The position numbers and the translations under genes are program-made. From an uncultured Planctomycetales bacterium (GTDB taxonomy: Bacteria; Omnitrophota; Gorgyraeia; Gygaellales; Profunditerraquicolaceae): 64,000 nucleotides of DNA. Shown here piece by piece: positions 22,088-31,442 of this stretch (positions are counted from its first letter, which is position 1; every line of letters starts with the position of its first letter). The notes below the pieces were generated by a model that was given only the letters and a program-made list of their open reading frames with translations, searched no databases and was not told the DNA's origin. The stretch is from positions 155,416 to 219,415 of the forward strand of contig CAZIUK010000002.1 of assembly GCA_964542785.1 (NCBI GenBank), read 5' to 3'.

Positions 22088-22587
22088 ACCAGGCTGTGCT
22101 TATTCTTATAAAACCTGATGGGCTTAAAAAATCTTTGACTGGCAATATTTTAACCCGCCTTTCCGAGGCCAAATTAGAGATAGTAGCTGCTAAGATGGTT
22201 AGAGTCTCTAAGCAGCTTGCGGAGGATCACTACTTTCATCTTAAGGATAAGCAATTTTTTAACGACCTTATTAAATATTTGCAAGGGGACTTGCATAACC
22301 GCAAGAAGGTTATGGCTTTAGTATATTGGGGGGAGGGAGCAATTACAAAATGCCGGGGACTTGCTGGGTCAACTAATCCGGAAGAGGCAGACCCTACATC
22401 TATACGAGGTTCTTACGGCCGAATTACCACAACCGGAGTTTATGAAAATGTAATACACGTCTCTTCCAATGAATTAGAGGCAGAGAGGGAAATTAAATTA
22501 TGGTTTCAACCTGATGAGATCATTGTAAAGCTTTATCCTGCTAAAGAAGCCATAGAGAAAGAAGTCAAGGTAAATATTTGGGCTTAA
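22084..22587 (+). CDS. ndk: Nucleoside diphosphate kinase (divergent)
   Basis: The 167-aa ORF has NDK-fold motifs (ILIKPDG, LAEDHY, active-site His in NVIHVSS) and a short C-terminal extension. Confidence 0.7.
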   Translation: MNQAVLILIKPDGLKKSLTGNILTRLSEAKLEIVAAKMVRVSKQLAEDHYFHLKDKQFFNDLIKYLQGDLHNRKKVMALVYWGEGAITKCRGLAGSTNPEEADPTSIRGSYGRITTTGVYENVIHVSSNELEAEREIKLWFQPDEIIVKLYPAKEAIEKEVKVNIWA

Positions 22588-22603
22588 GAAGAAAGAAAAA
22601 CGG

Positions 22604-23431
22604 ATGATTAAAAGCATGACCGGTTTTGGGGGCTTTGAGCTAAGTCTAAAAGGCCGTGGAAAGATAACCATAGAGTTAAGAAGCACAAACCATAAATTTT
22701 TAGAGATATCTTTGCACCTTCCGGAGGGATCTCTTGCGTTGGAAGAGAAAATTAAAAAGATTATTGAGGGTAAGATTAAAAGAGGCAGGGTTACGTGTGT
22801 AGTAAATGTCTTCGGGAGAAATCCAGGCAGTGTGGAGATTAATACCCTTTTGTTAAAGAGGTATATTGATAAGATAAATAAGGCAAAAAAAGAGCTAGGG
22901 ATTAAAGACTCAATTAGTCTTGATTCTTTAATCCGCCTACCGGGAATATTGGCCTTAGAAGAAAAGAGCTTATCTGTGGTAGGGATTTGGCCGGCTTTAA
23001 AAGTTGCCTTAATGGCGGCGCTTAACAATTTATCTAAGTCGCGTAAGAAAGAAGGTATTGCCCTGCAAGGTTATTTAAAGGGGCAGGCAGAAGAGTTAAA
23101 AAAGAGGTTAACTTTAATTAAAAGTATATTAAGAGTCTCTCTAAGAGAGAGGCTTAAAAGGTTTGCTACCGATGAGGAGAGGGGGGCTTTTCTAAAAGAT
23201 ACGGATACTACAGAGGAGATAGATAGACTGAGTTTTCATATTCGTAATTTGCAAAGTAAGATAAAAGTTAATACTTCGGTAGGCAAGGAGATTGATTTTA
23301 TTGCACAGGAACTACAGAGGGAAGCAAATACCTTGGCTGCGAAGACTTTTGATAAGGCAGTTTCTGCGCAAGTCCTTAAGGTAAAAAGCATAATTGAAAA
23401 AATTCGTGAGCAGGCACAGAATATAGAATGA
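22604..23431 (+). CDS. yicC: YicC/YloC family stress-induced protein
   Basis: The 275-aa ORF starts MIKSMTGFGG and has the YicC N-terminal and DUF1732 pattern. Confidence 0.8.
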   Translation: MIKSMTGFGGFELSLKGRGKITIELRSTNHKFLEISLHLPEGSLALEEKIKKIIEGKIKRGRVTCVVNVFGRNPGSVEINTLLLKRYIDKINKAKKELGIKDSISLDSLIRLPGILALEEKSLSVVGIWPALKVALMAALNNLSKSRKKEGIALQGYLKGQAEELKKRLTLIKSILRVSLRERLKRFATDEERGAFLKDTDTTEEIDRLSFHIRNLQSKIKVNTSVGKEIDFIAQELQREANTLAAKTFDKAVSAQVLKVKSIIEKIREQAQNIE

Positions 23432-23991
23432 TTTTTATACTTTCTGGACCGTCTGGCTCGGGGAAGACAACTCTGCGTAATCTTTTACTTAAAGACCCGG
23501 GGCTTAAAAAAAAACTAGTTAAATCTGTATCAATAACTACCCGCATGAAACGGTTACGGGAAGTAGAGGGGAGGGATTATTTTTTCGTAGATAAGGAGAC
23601 ATTTAACCTACTTAAGAAAAAGCGGAAAATACTTGAGTGGACAAAATATTTAGGGTATTATTACGGGACGAAAAAAGATATAGTAGAGGCTGCTTTAAGG
23701 GCTAAAAAAGGTATTCTCCTCTGTTTGGATTTTAAGGGTACCCAAAGGATAAAAAGGCTTTACTCAAAAGAAACAGTTTCTATCTTTGTTCTTCCTCCTT
23801 CGATAAAAGAGTTACACAAGAGGATATATGGGCGCTCATGCAAAACAGGGGAAAAAGAGCTGTTATGCCGCATCAAAATTGCTAAGAAAGAGTTATTGAA
23901 TGCCGCGTATTACGACTATACTCTACGGAATAGAAATTTAGATCAGGCGCTTAAGAGGCTGAAGACGATTATCCTAAACAAGTTAAAATAA
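23428..23991 (+). CDS. gmk: Guanylate kinase
   Basis: The 187-aa ORF has the P-loop SGPSGSGKTT. Confidence 0.88.
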   Translation: MIFILSGPSGSGKTTLRNLLLKDPGLKKKLVKSVSITTRMKRLREVEGRDYFFVDKETFNLLKKKRKILEWTKYLGYYYGTKKDIVEAALRAKKGILLCLDFKGTQRIKRLYSKETVSIFVLPPSIKELHKRIYGRSCKTGEKELLCRIKIAKKELLNAAYYDYTLRNRNLDQALKRLKTIILNKLK

Positions 23992-23996
23992 AAGGG

Positions 23997-24221
23997 GTGT
24001 GTTTTATGGGTTATATCGAGAGAGAGAAATTATTATCAAAGAGTGAAGGTTCTATTTATAAACTGGTTAACCTTGTTGCAAAAAGGGCGTTAGAAATTAC
24101 AGAAGGTCAGCCTAAGCTTATAGAGACTAATCCTGCAGTTAAGCCGTCAACTATAGCCTTGTATGAGGTTGAAGATGGTAAAGTTCAGGCTAAAAAATTA
24201 AATAAAAATATTAATCGGTGA
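23997..24221 (+). CDS. rpoZ: DNA-directed RNA polymerase subunit omega
   Basis: The 74-aa ORF has the RpoZ motif SIYKLVNLVAKRALEI. Confidence 0.75.
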   Translation: MCFMGYIEREKLLSKSEGSIYKLVNLVAKRALEITEGQPKLIETNPAVKPSTIALYEVEDGKVQAKKLNKNINR

Positions 24222-24760
24222 AAAATAGAGAGATTGTCTTAGGGGTTACTGCTAGTATTGCCATTTATAAGGCATGTGCATTAGTTCGGGCTTTAAAGAA
24301 AGAAGGTTTTTCTGTAACCGTTATACAGACAAAGGAATCTAAAGAGTTTGTTAGTCCGTTAGTTTTTCAAAGCCTCTCCGGTAGGAAGGTTTATCAAGGA
24401 TTATTTGAGGTTTTTCAAGAGGAAGATGTAGCACATATCTCATTAGCTAAAAGGGCAAGTATAATTTTAATAGCCCCTGCTACCGCAAATATTATTGCTA
24501 AGATTGCTCACGGAATATGCGATGATATGTTAACCTGCGTTGTTGCGGCAACAAAGGCCCCTGTTTTAATTGCACCAGCGATGAATGAGAATATGTATGT
24601 GAACAAAATTACACAGAGTAACATTGAAAAGCTTAAAAAGTTTGGGTTTAGATTCGTCGCTCCTAAAAAAGGAGCATTGGCTTGTGGTTTATCAGGCATT
24701 GGGTGTTTAGCGGATGAGGAAGATATTTTAAAGGTTGTAAAAGGCTTATTGAAAAGATAA
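24218..24760 (+). CDS. coaC: Phosphopantothenoylcysteine decarboxylase flavoprotein (CoaC domain only)
   Basis: The 180-aa ORF starts with the flavoprotein motif ILGVTASIAIYKA. No CoaB domain follows; tRNA genes come next. Confidence 0.75.
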   Translation: MKNREIVLGVTASIAIYKACALVRALKKEGFSVTVIQTKESKEFVSPLVFQSLSGRKVYQGLFEVFQEEDVAHISLAKRASIILIAPATANIIAKIAHGICDDMLTCVVAATKAPVLIAPAMNENMYVNKITQSNIEKLKKFGFRFVAPKKGALACGLSGIGCLADEEDILKVVKGLLKR

Positions 24761-24769
24761 TTTGTAGTC

Positions 24770-24841
24770 GGCGTGGTAGCCAAGTGGTAAGGCAACGGTC
24801 TGCAAAACCGTTATTCACCGGTTCGAATCCGGTCCACGCCT
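24770..24841 (+). tRNA. tRNA-Cys (anticodon GCA)
   Basis: GGCGTGGTAGCCAAGTGGTAAGGCAACGGTCTGCAAAACCGTTATTCACCGGTTCGAATCCGGTCCACGCCT, with anticodon loop CTGCAAA. No CCA is encoded. Confidence 0.85.
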
Positions 24842-24866
24842 TAAATCAGGTAAGTTTTTATATTTA

Positions 24867-24949
24867 GGGCAAGTGGTGGAAAGGCATACACGACAGACTT
24901 AAAATCTGTTGGCCGCAAGGTCGTAAGGGTTCGACTCCCTTCTTGCCCA
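24867..24949 (+). tRNA. tRNA-Leu (anticodon UAA)
   Basis: An 83-nt tRNA with a long variable arm: acceptor GGGCAAG/CTTGCCC, anticodon stem ACAGA/TCTGT with loop CTTAAAA, T-arm AAGGG-TTCGACT-CCCTT. Confidence 0.85.
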
Positions 24950-25056
24950 TATATTATAGAGGATCTTTGCCCTTTATTCGGTAATCTACTATATAGGCAG
25001 AGGTCAGATTGTAAGTGAGGGTGGGTTAGTTTTTGATTAGGCAGAAAGATAATTAA

Positions 25057-25130
25057 GGGCTCATAGCTCAGTTGGTTAGAGCGTTGCGTTGACATCGCAA
25101 AGGTCAGAGGTTCGAGTCCTCTTGGGCCCA
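25057..25130 (+). tRNA. tRNA-Val (anticodon GAC)
   Basis: GGGCTCATAGCTCAGTTGGTTAGAGCGTTGCGTTGACATCGCAAAGGTCAGAGGTTCGAGTCCTCTTGGGCCCA, with anticodon loop TTGACAT. Confidence 0.85.
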
Positions 25131-25138
25131 CTATAAAT

Positions 25139-26866
25139 ATGGATATAGAAACCTTAAGGCACTCTTGTTCGCACATTTTAGCTTCCGCGGTAAAAGAACT
25201 GTGGCCGGATGTTAAATTAGGCATTGGCCCTGCGGTTGAAGATGGGTTTTATTATGATTTTGATAAAAAAGAACCCTTTACCGAAGAAGATCTATTAGTT
25301 ATAGATAAAAAGATGCGGGAGATAATTTCACGAAACGAGCCTTTTCAAAGAGAAGAGCTGAAGCGTCAAGACGCCCTTAAGTTATTTCAAGAACGTAAAG
25401 AAGATTATAAGGTAGAATTGATAAATGCTATTACCGATGAGGTAGTCTCTCTTTATAGAACAGGAGAAAGTTTTGTAGATTTATGCCGCGGCCCACACAT
25501 TCATTCAACCGGTGAAATTAAAGCATTTAAGCTTTTATCTTTAGCCGGGGCATATTGGCATGGAATAGAGACAAACCCTATGCTGCAGAGGGTTTACGGG
25601 ACAGCTTTTTTTACTCAGCAAGAGTTAGAAGATTATTTAAGAAACCTTGATGAGGCGAAATTACGCGACCATCGTAAGATAGCCCCGGCGCTAGAGCTCT
25701 TTGATATTTTTCATGAAGAAGCCGGAGCAGGGTTAGTATTCTATTACCCTAAAGGAGCTATCCTGCGTAAGATAATTGAAGACTATGAAAAAGAGGAGCA
25801 TATAAAGCGTGGATATCAAATGGTTGTTACCCCACATATAATGCATTCTAATTTATGGAGGACCAGTGGGCACTACGATTATTATAAAGATAATATGTAC
25901 GTCTTTGAGGCAGATAATGCTGAATATGTATTAAAGCCGATGAATTGCCCGGGGCATATCTTAATTTATAAATCTAAAACGAGAAGCTACAAAGAACTTC
26001 CTATAAGGCTCTTTGAATTAGGGACCGTTTATCGGCATGAAAAGGCAGGCGTCTTGCATGGTTTATTGCGTGTGCGAGGGTTTACTCAGGATGATGCACA
26101 TATATTTTGTCTTCCACAGCAACTATGCGAAGAGATAAAAGGCGTGATAGATTTTGTGTTTGATACTATGAAGGCATTTGGTTTTAAGGAATGGACAATA
26201 GAACTAAGCACCCAGCCTAAAGACTATATCGGTTCTGATGAAGATTGGGGTATGGCAACTAGTGCTCTTAAGGGGGCATTGGAAGACAAGGGCTTACAAT
26301 ATAATATTAATCACGGGGAGGGGGCTTTTTATGGGCCAAAGATCGATATAAAACTTAAGGATGCTTTAAAGAGGCAATGGCAATGCGCTACAATACAATG
26401 TGATTTTGCCTTGCCTAAAAGATTCGGGCTTTCATATATTGATAAAGAAGGTAAGGAGTCATTGCCTATAATGGTGCATAGGGCCTTACTTGGGAGCATT
26501 GAGCGTTTTATCGGAGCGTTGGTAGAGCACTACAACGGGGATTTTCCTCTTTGGCTTGCCCCAGTACAGGTTTTAATAATACCTATAAGAGAAAGGGTTT
26601 TTGAATATAGTAACAGAATAGAAAGAGTCCTAAGGGATGAGGGATTTAGGGTAGAGATAGACATGCGCAATGAGACTTTGGATAAGAAGATACGCAATTC
26701 TGAGATGGAGAAGATACCTTACGTTTTAGTTATAGGCGATAGGGAAGAGAGTTCAGGGTTGGTTGCGGTAAGAAGAAAAGGGAAAGGCGATTTAGGCATG
26801 CTTAGCCTGCAAGATTTTATAAAAAAGGTAAAAGGCGAAATTAAGGAAAAGGGCGCTTTGAGATAA
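25139..26866 (+). CDS. thrS: Threonine--tRNA ligase (lacks the N-terminal TGS domain)
   Basis: The 575-aa ORF starts at the editing-domain motif LRHSCSHILA and has class II motifs and a C-terminal anticodon-binding domain. The start is 9 nt after tRNA-Val. Confidence 0.92.
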   Translation: MDIETLRHSCSHILASAVKELWPDVKLGIGPAVEDGFYYDFDKKEPFTEEDLLVIDKKMREIISRNEPFQREELKRQDALKLFQERKEDYKVELINAITDEVVSLYRTGESFVDLCRGPHIHSTGEIKAFKLLSLAGAYWHGIETNPMLQRVYGTAFFTQQELEDYLRNLDEAKLRDHRKIAPALELFDIFHEEAGAGLVFYYPKGAILRKIIEDYEKEEHIKRGYQMVVTPHIMHSNLWRTSGHYDYYKDNMYVFEADNAEYVLKPMNCPGHILIYKSKTRSYKELPIRLFELGTVYRHEKAGVLHGLLRVRGFTQDDAHIFCLPQQLCEEIKGVIDFVFDTMKAFGFKEWTIELSTQPKDYIGSDEDWGMATSALKGALEDKGLQYNINHGEGAFYGPKIDIKLKDALKRQWQCATIQCDFALPKRFGLSYIDKEGKESLPIMVHRALLGSIERFIGALVEHYNGDFPLWLAPVQVLIIPIRERVFEYSNRIERVLRDEGFRVEIDMRNETLDKKIRNSEMEKIPYVLVIGDREESSGLVAVRRKGKGDLGMLSLQDFIKKVKGEIKEKGALR

Positions 26867-26896
26867 GGTGCTCTAAATTAAAAAAAGAAAGGTAAG

Positions 26897-27412
26897 GTGG
26901 TTGAGATAAAAAAGTTTATCCGCGTTAATGAAAGGATTCGCGTCCCCCATGTAAGACTTATTGGCCCGGATTCAAAACAATTAGGCATAGTATCTATACA
27001 AAAGGCATTAGAGTTAGCTGGTCAATATGAGTTAGATTTGGTTGAGGTTGCGCCTACGGCTAATCCTCCGGTATGTAGGATTATTGATTTTAGCAAATTT
27101 AAATATGATATAGAGAAAAAGGAGCGAGAAGCTAAAAAGCATCAAAAACAGGGACGGTTGAAACAGATTCGCCTAAAACCTAATATTGACGACCATGATT
27201 ATTCAACAAAACTTAAACAGGCAGCATCTTTTTTAAAGAAGAAGGACAAAGTAAAGGTCAGTCTTTTTTTCCGCGGCAGACAAATGGAGCATTTAGATTT
27301 AGGGAAGAAAGTCTTAGACCGCTTTATTGAGGATTTATCAACAGCAGGGCAATTAGAGAAAGCGCCGGCATTAGAAGGCAGGGTAATGCATTTTGTAGTG
27401 GCACCTAAATAA
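26897..27412 (+). CDS. infC: Translation initiation factor IF-3
   Basis: The 171-aa ORF has N- and C-domains (VCRIIDFSKFKY). It has a non-ATG start (GTG or ATA), as is typical for infC. Confidence 0.9.
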   Translation: MVEIKKFIRVNERIRVPHVRLIGPDSKQLGIVSIQKALELAGQYELDLVEVAPTANPPVCRIIDFSKFKYDIEKKEREAKKHQKQGRLKQIRLKPNIDDHDYSTKLKQAASFLKKKDKVKVSLFFRGRQMEHLDLGKKVLDRFIEDLSTAGQLEKAPALEGRVMHFVVAPK

Positions 27413-27423
27413 GGAAGGTAGAG

Positions 27424-27624
27424 ATGGGAAAATTAAAGACTAAAAGAGGGGTAGCAAAAAGGTTTAAGTTAACTAAGAAAGGGAAGATTAAATATTCTCC
27501 CGGGGGCAAGAGCCATCTTGCTTCAAGTAAAACAGCTAAGAGGATAAGGTCGTTAAAGAAGAAGCGCACATTGAATAATAAGAAGGAAGTTAAGTATCTT
27601 AAAAGGATGCTTCCGTATGGTTAA
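27424..27624 (+). CDS. rpmI: 50S ribosomal protein L35
   Basis: The 66-aa basic protein starts MGKLKTKRGVAKRFK. Confidence 0.9.
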   Translation: MGKLKTKRGVAKRFKLTKKGKIKYSPGGKSHLASSKTAKRIRSLKKKRTLNNKKEVKYLKRMLPYG

Positions 27625-27642
27625 ATAAAGGAAGGGAGTATT

Positions 27643-27990
27643 ATGGCAAAGGTTAAACATAGTGTTGCTACGCGTAGGAGGAAGAAGAGGGTCTTAAAGG
27701 AGGCGAAAGGGTTTTTTTCTGATAGGAGTAAGCAGTTTCAGCAGGCGCAGAGGGCGCTTATGCATGCTTTAAAATATGCATACCGCGATAGGCGTAATAA
27801 GAAGCGAGAAATTCGTGCTCTATGGATTGTACGCATTAATGCCGCTTGCCGTGAATGTGGTATTACCTACAGCGCCTTTATCAATGGTTTAAAGAAATCT
27901 AATATCGCATTGGATCGTAAAATCTTAGCGGATTTGGCTGTGCAGGATAGTGCGGCTTTTAAGAAGATAGCCGGTATGATAAAAAAATAA
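27643..27990 (+). CDS. rplT: 50S ribosomal protein L20
   Basis: The 115-aa ORF starts [19 protein letters not shown]. Confidence 0.92.
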   Translation: MAKVKHSVATRRRKKRVLKEAKGFFSDRSKQFQQAQRALMHALKYAYRDRRNKKREIRALWIVRINAACRECGITYSAFINGLKKSNIALDRKILADLAVQDSAAFKKIAGMIKK

Positions 27991-27999
27991 GAGGATTAG

Positions 28000-28647
28000 A
28001 TGTATATTATAATAGTCGGTTGTGGCAGAGTCGGGGCAGAACTGGCTAAGATTCTTGTTAACGAAGGGCATGACCTTGTTGTTATTGATAAGGCACAGGA
28101 TGCCTTCGTGCGCCTCGGCAGTACTTTTAATGGCTTGACTATGACCGGCAGCGGATTTGACCTTAATCTTTTAAGGCAGGTAGGTATTAAAAAGGCAGAT
28201 GCCTTTTGCGCTCTTACAGACGGGGATAATACCAATTTGATTTCAGCTCAAGTTGCCAAAAAGATTTATAAGGTTCCTAAGGTAATTGCTCGCGTATATG
28301 ACCCGCAACGCGCGCATATTTATGCTGCATTAGGGCTTGATATAATCAGTGGAACAACGTTATTTGCCTCTATGTTGAGGGATAAGATTATTGAAAGCCG
28401 ATTCTCCAGTTACCTTATTGAAACTAAGGATTTAGCTGTATTTGAAATAGAAGTAAAAGACGGACTTATAGGTAAAACCCCCGCGGATATTAATATTCCT
28501 CAGGAGTTTATGGTTGTTGCTATAAGGAGGCTTACAGGGATTATAATTCCTGATAGCAATACTCTCTTTAAGGCAAAAGATATTCTTATGGCAGTAGTTA
28601 GGGTCTGTAGTTTAGAGAAGATAAAAGAGGATCTTAAAATACTTTAA
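28000..28647 (+). CDS. trkA: TrkA/KtrA-type K+ transport regulatory subunit (RCK N and C domains), copy 1
   Basis: The 215-aa ORF has the Rossmann motif IIVGCGRVG followed by a TrkA-C domain. Confidence 0.8.
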   Translation: MYIIIVGCGRVGAELAKILVNEGHDLVVIDKAQDAFVRLGSTFNGLTMTGSGFDLNLLRQVGIKKADAFCALTDGDNTNLISAQVAKKIYKVPKVIARVYDPQRAHIYAALGLDIISGTTLFASMLRDKIIESRFSSYLIETKDLAVFEIEVKDGLIGKTPADINIPQEFMVVAIRRLTGIIIPDSNTLFKAKDILMAVVRVCSLEKIKEDLKIL

Positions 28648-28668
28648 ATTTTTTTAAAAGGGCAGGTA

Positions 28669-29331
28669 ATGTATATTTTAATTGTAGGCGCAGGGAAGGT
28701 AGGATATTTTTTAGCAAAGAGGCTTATGGCCAATAAGCATACTGTGAGTATAGTTGACAAGAATAAGTCTATCTGCGAAAAGATAGCCAAAGAGACAGGG
28801 GCTTTGGTTATCAATGGTGATGGATGTGAACCTAAAATATTAGAAGAGGCAGGAATTACGCGTGCTGATGTGTTGGCTGCGGTTACTGGTGATGATGAAG
28901 ATAACCTTATTCTTTGCCAACTGGCTAAAGAGAGGTTTAATGTGGGACGAACAGTAGGGCGTGTGAATAACCCGGATAATGAATATACCTTTAGCCAGCT
29001 GGGTGTTGATGTTCCGGTGGATGCTACTAGGATAATCTCTCAGATTATAGAAGAGGAGGTCTCTTTCTCTGACCTTGTTACCCTTATGAGCTTTAAGCGT
29101 GGCAAGCTTGCTATTGTACGGGTGGATTTACCTGAGGATTCGCCTGTGATTAATAAGGAGGTAAAGGATATTCTTCTCCCTGAGGATTCGGTCTTAGTCT
29201 CCATTTTACGTGGGGATGATGTTATCGTCCCTAAAGGAAATACAACACTTTTATCCGGGGATGACGTGGTAGCATTAACAGCTATAGGCAATGAACCGCA
29301 GCTTTTAAGTCTCTTAGTAGGAAAACTATGA
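28669..29331 (+). CDS. trkA: TrkA/KtrA-type K+ transport regulatory subunit, copy 2
   Basis: The 220-aa ORF has ILIVGAGKVG followed by a TrkA-C domain. It is a tandem paralog of the preceding gene. Confidence 0.8.
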   Translation: MYILIVGAGKVGYFLAKRLMANKHTVSIVDKNKSICEKIAKETGALVINGDGCEPKILEEAGITRADVLAAVTGDDEDNLILCQLAKERFNVGRTVGRVNNPDNEYTFSQLGVDVPVDATRIISQIIEEEVSFSDLVTLMSFKRGKLAIVRVDLPEDSPVINKEVKDILLPEDSVLVSILRGDDVIVPKGNTTLLSGDDVVALTAIGNEPQLLSLLVGKL

Positions 29332-29443
29332 TTAAGAAGAGACAGTTATTAAACGCCATTTTTGGCATAGCTATAGAGATATTTTATTCCCTCTGTATAA
29401 TTTTTGCCGCACTTTTTGGAGCCTTTCTTATAAATTTTAAAAA

Positions 29444-30946
29444 ATGATCTTAAAGCCAAACATACAAGACATAAAAGCCATAGGTTATTATTTAGGAAAG
29501 ATAATAATAGGGCTCTCCCTTGTTATGTTAGTGCCTATTATAGTAGGTATATTCTCTAGAGAGATAAGCCCTGTCTTGGATTTTATTATCGGTTTAGAAG
29601 TAGGGTTGATTTCCGGGTTTGTGCTTATTTTTTTCTGTCTGACAGAACGCGAGATTAACTGGATGCAAGGGATGGTGGTTGTTTCTTTGGCATGGATAAC
29701 TGCGATGTTTTTAGGTGCAATCCCTATGTATTTAAGCGGGCATTGGGGGTCTTTCCTTGATGCCTGTTTTGATTCTATGTCTGGATTTGCTACCACAGGG
29801 CTTACCTTAGTGCAAAATTTAGACCATATGTCTTTAACGCATAACCTCTGGCGGCACATGACTATGTTTATAGGAGGACAAGGGATTGTGATTATCGCCC
29901 TTTCTTTTTTTGTAAAAGGGGCCTCAGGTATTTTTAAGCTCTATGTGGGAGAGGGACGTGAAGAGAGGATTATGCCCAATGTAATTCATAGTGCGCGGTT
30001 TATATGGATGGTGAGTTTCGTTTATATGGTTATAGGAACATTAGCGCTTTTTCTAATTGGGGTCTTAGAGGGGATGAAACCATTTAATGCTTTTTTTCAC
30101 GGGTTGTGTATATTTATGGCTGCTTTTGATACCGGAGGATTTACCCCGCAGTCCCAAAGTATTTTGTATTACCGGTCTTTTGCCTTTGAAATTGTAGTCA
30201 TTGTATTGATGATTATAGGCGCCCTTAATTTTAAACTCCATTATCATATTTGGACCGGAGACCGAAAAGAGATAGTGAAGAATATAGAATCAGCTACTTT
30301 TTTTGTATCCGTCATGGCTATATTCTCTATTGTTGCCATAGGCTTGAAGCGTTCCGGAGCTTATCTTCAAACAGGCCTGATTTTTCGTAATGGTTTTTTT
30401 CAATTAATATCCGGGCATTCGGGGAGCGGGTTTCAAACGTTGTATCCGGCTCAGTTGATAGGAGAATGGAATAATTTAAGCTTAGTAGGTTTAATTGTAG
30501 CAATGGGCTTAGGAGGGTCTATCTGCTCTACGACTGGAGCAATCAAGATGCTTAGGGTAGGTATAATTTTTAAGGCCTTTATTGAAGATATAAAAAAGAT
30601 TATGTTACCGGAGAGGGCTATTTTGATAGAGAAGATGCATCATATCAAGGAGGTGTTTCTGCAGGATGCCCAAGTGCGCAGTGCTTTCCTTATTACAGCA
30701 TCTTATATTATCCTATATTTTTTTGGCGCATGTGTAGGGATGCTTTATGGGCATCCTTTTTTGAGCGCTTTATTTGAATCTACCTCTGCAGCAGGGAACG
30801 TAGGGTTGTCATGTGGTATAACCTCTTTGTCTATGCCTGCTCTTTTAAAGATAACATACATCTTGCAGATGTGGGCAGGGCGACTAGAGTTTTTATCTGT
30901 ATTTACCTTAGCCGGGTTTTTTATAGCTTTGATAAAAGGAAAATAG
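29444..30946 (+). CDS. trkH: TrkH/KtrB family K+ uptake membrane protein
   Basis: The 500-aa polytopic ORF has repeated M-P-M pore modules (GFATTG, GNVGLS). Confidence 0.85.
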   Translation: MILKPNIQDIKAIGYYLGKIIIGLSLVMLVPIIVGIFSREISPVLDFIIGLEVGLISGFVLIFFCLTEREINWMQGMVVVSLAWITAMFLGAIPMYLSGHWGSFLDACFDSMSGFATTGLTLVQNLDHMSLTHNLWRHMTMFIGGQGIVIIALSFFVKGASGIFKLYVGEGREERIMPNVIHSARFIWMVSFVYMVIGTLALFLIGVLEGMKPFNAFFHGLCIFMAAFDTGGFTPQSQSILYYRSFAFEIVVIVLMIIGALNFKLHYHIWTGDRKEIVKNIESATFFVSVMAIFSIVAIGLKRSGAYLQTGLIFRNGFFQLISGHSGSGFQTLYPAQLIGEWNNLSLVGLIVAMGLGGSICSTTGAIKMLRVGIIFKAFIEDIKKIMLPERAILIEKMHHIKEVFLQDAQVRSAFLITASYIILYFFGACVGMLYGHPFLSALFESTSAAGNVGLSCGITSLSMPALLKITYILQMWAGRLEFLSVFTLAGFFIALIKGK

Positions 30947-30947
30947 G

Positions 30948-31442
30948 ATGCGAAAAAAAATTGCTGTTATCTGCGTAATTTCTGCTATATTATTAGTATT
31001 TGCAGTAAGATTAAAGCTTGCGCTTGCCTTAGATAGCCCATCAAGCTCTATTTTAATAGAGAAGGCAAAAGAGTATGATGGGAAAGATATAAAATACAAA
31101 GGGGAAGTTGTTGGAGAAGTTATGAGGCGCGGTAATTTTGCTTGGGTTAACTTGCACGACGGAGAAAACGCCATAGGTGTATGGGTTCCTGTAGGTTTGG
31201 TCAAAAATATTGTTTATACCGGAAGTTATAAAGATAAGGGGGATATTTTTGAGGTTTATGGTGTGTTTAACCGTTCTTGCACTAAGCACGGAGGGGGTTT
31301 AGATATACATGCGCAAACCTTTACTAAGGTTTCTTCCGGCAGAAGTGTTGATGAGTATATAGGGGCGGGTAAAAAAAATAAGGCTTTAATATTATTTGGG
31401 GTTTTGTTGCTATGGATATTGATAGTATTATTACGCAAGTAG
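30948..31442 (+). CDS. Hypothetical membrane-anchored protein (N- and C-terminal TM helices, central beta-rich domain)
   Basis: The 164-aa ORF starts 2 nt after the trkH stop, and its 3' end overlaps the pheS start. Confidence 0.45.
   Translation: MRKKIAVICVISAILLVFAVRLKLALALDSPSSSILIEKAKEYDGKDIKYKGEVVGEVMRRGNFAWVNLHDGENAIGVWVPVGLVKNIVYTGSYKDKGDIFEVYGVFNRSCTKHGGGLDIHAQTFTKVSSGRSVDEYIGAGKKNKALILFGVLLLWILIVLLRK

Noticed and set aside
22498-23028. 176-aa minus-strand ORF across the ndk end and yicC start
   Set aside because: It is antisense to two well-supported genes and has no recognisable motifs.
25131-25138. Possible T-box or leader upstream of thrS
   Set aside because: Only 9 nt separate tRNA-Val from the thrS start, leaving no space for a leader element. 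thrS is probably co-transcribed with the tRNAs.
24841-25224. 127-aa minus-strand ORF
   Set aside because: It lies exactly over the tRNA-Cys, tRNA-Leu and tRNA-Val cluster and the thrS start. This is an ORF-caller artefact.
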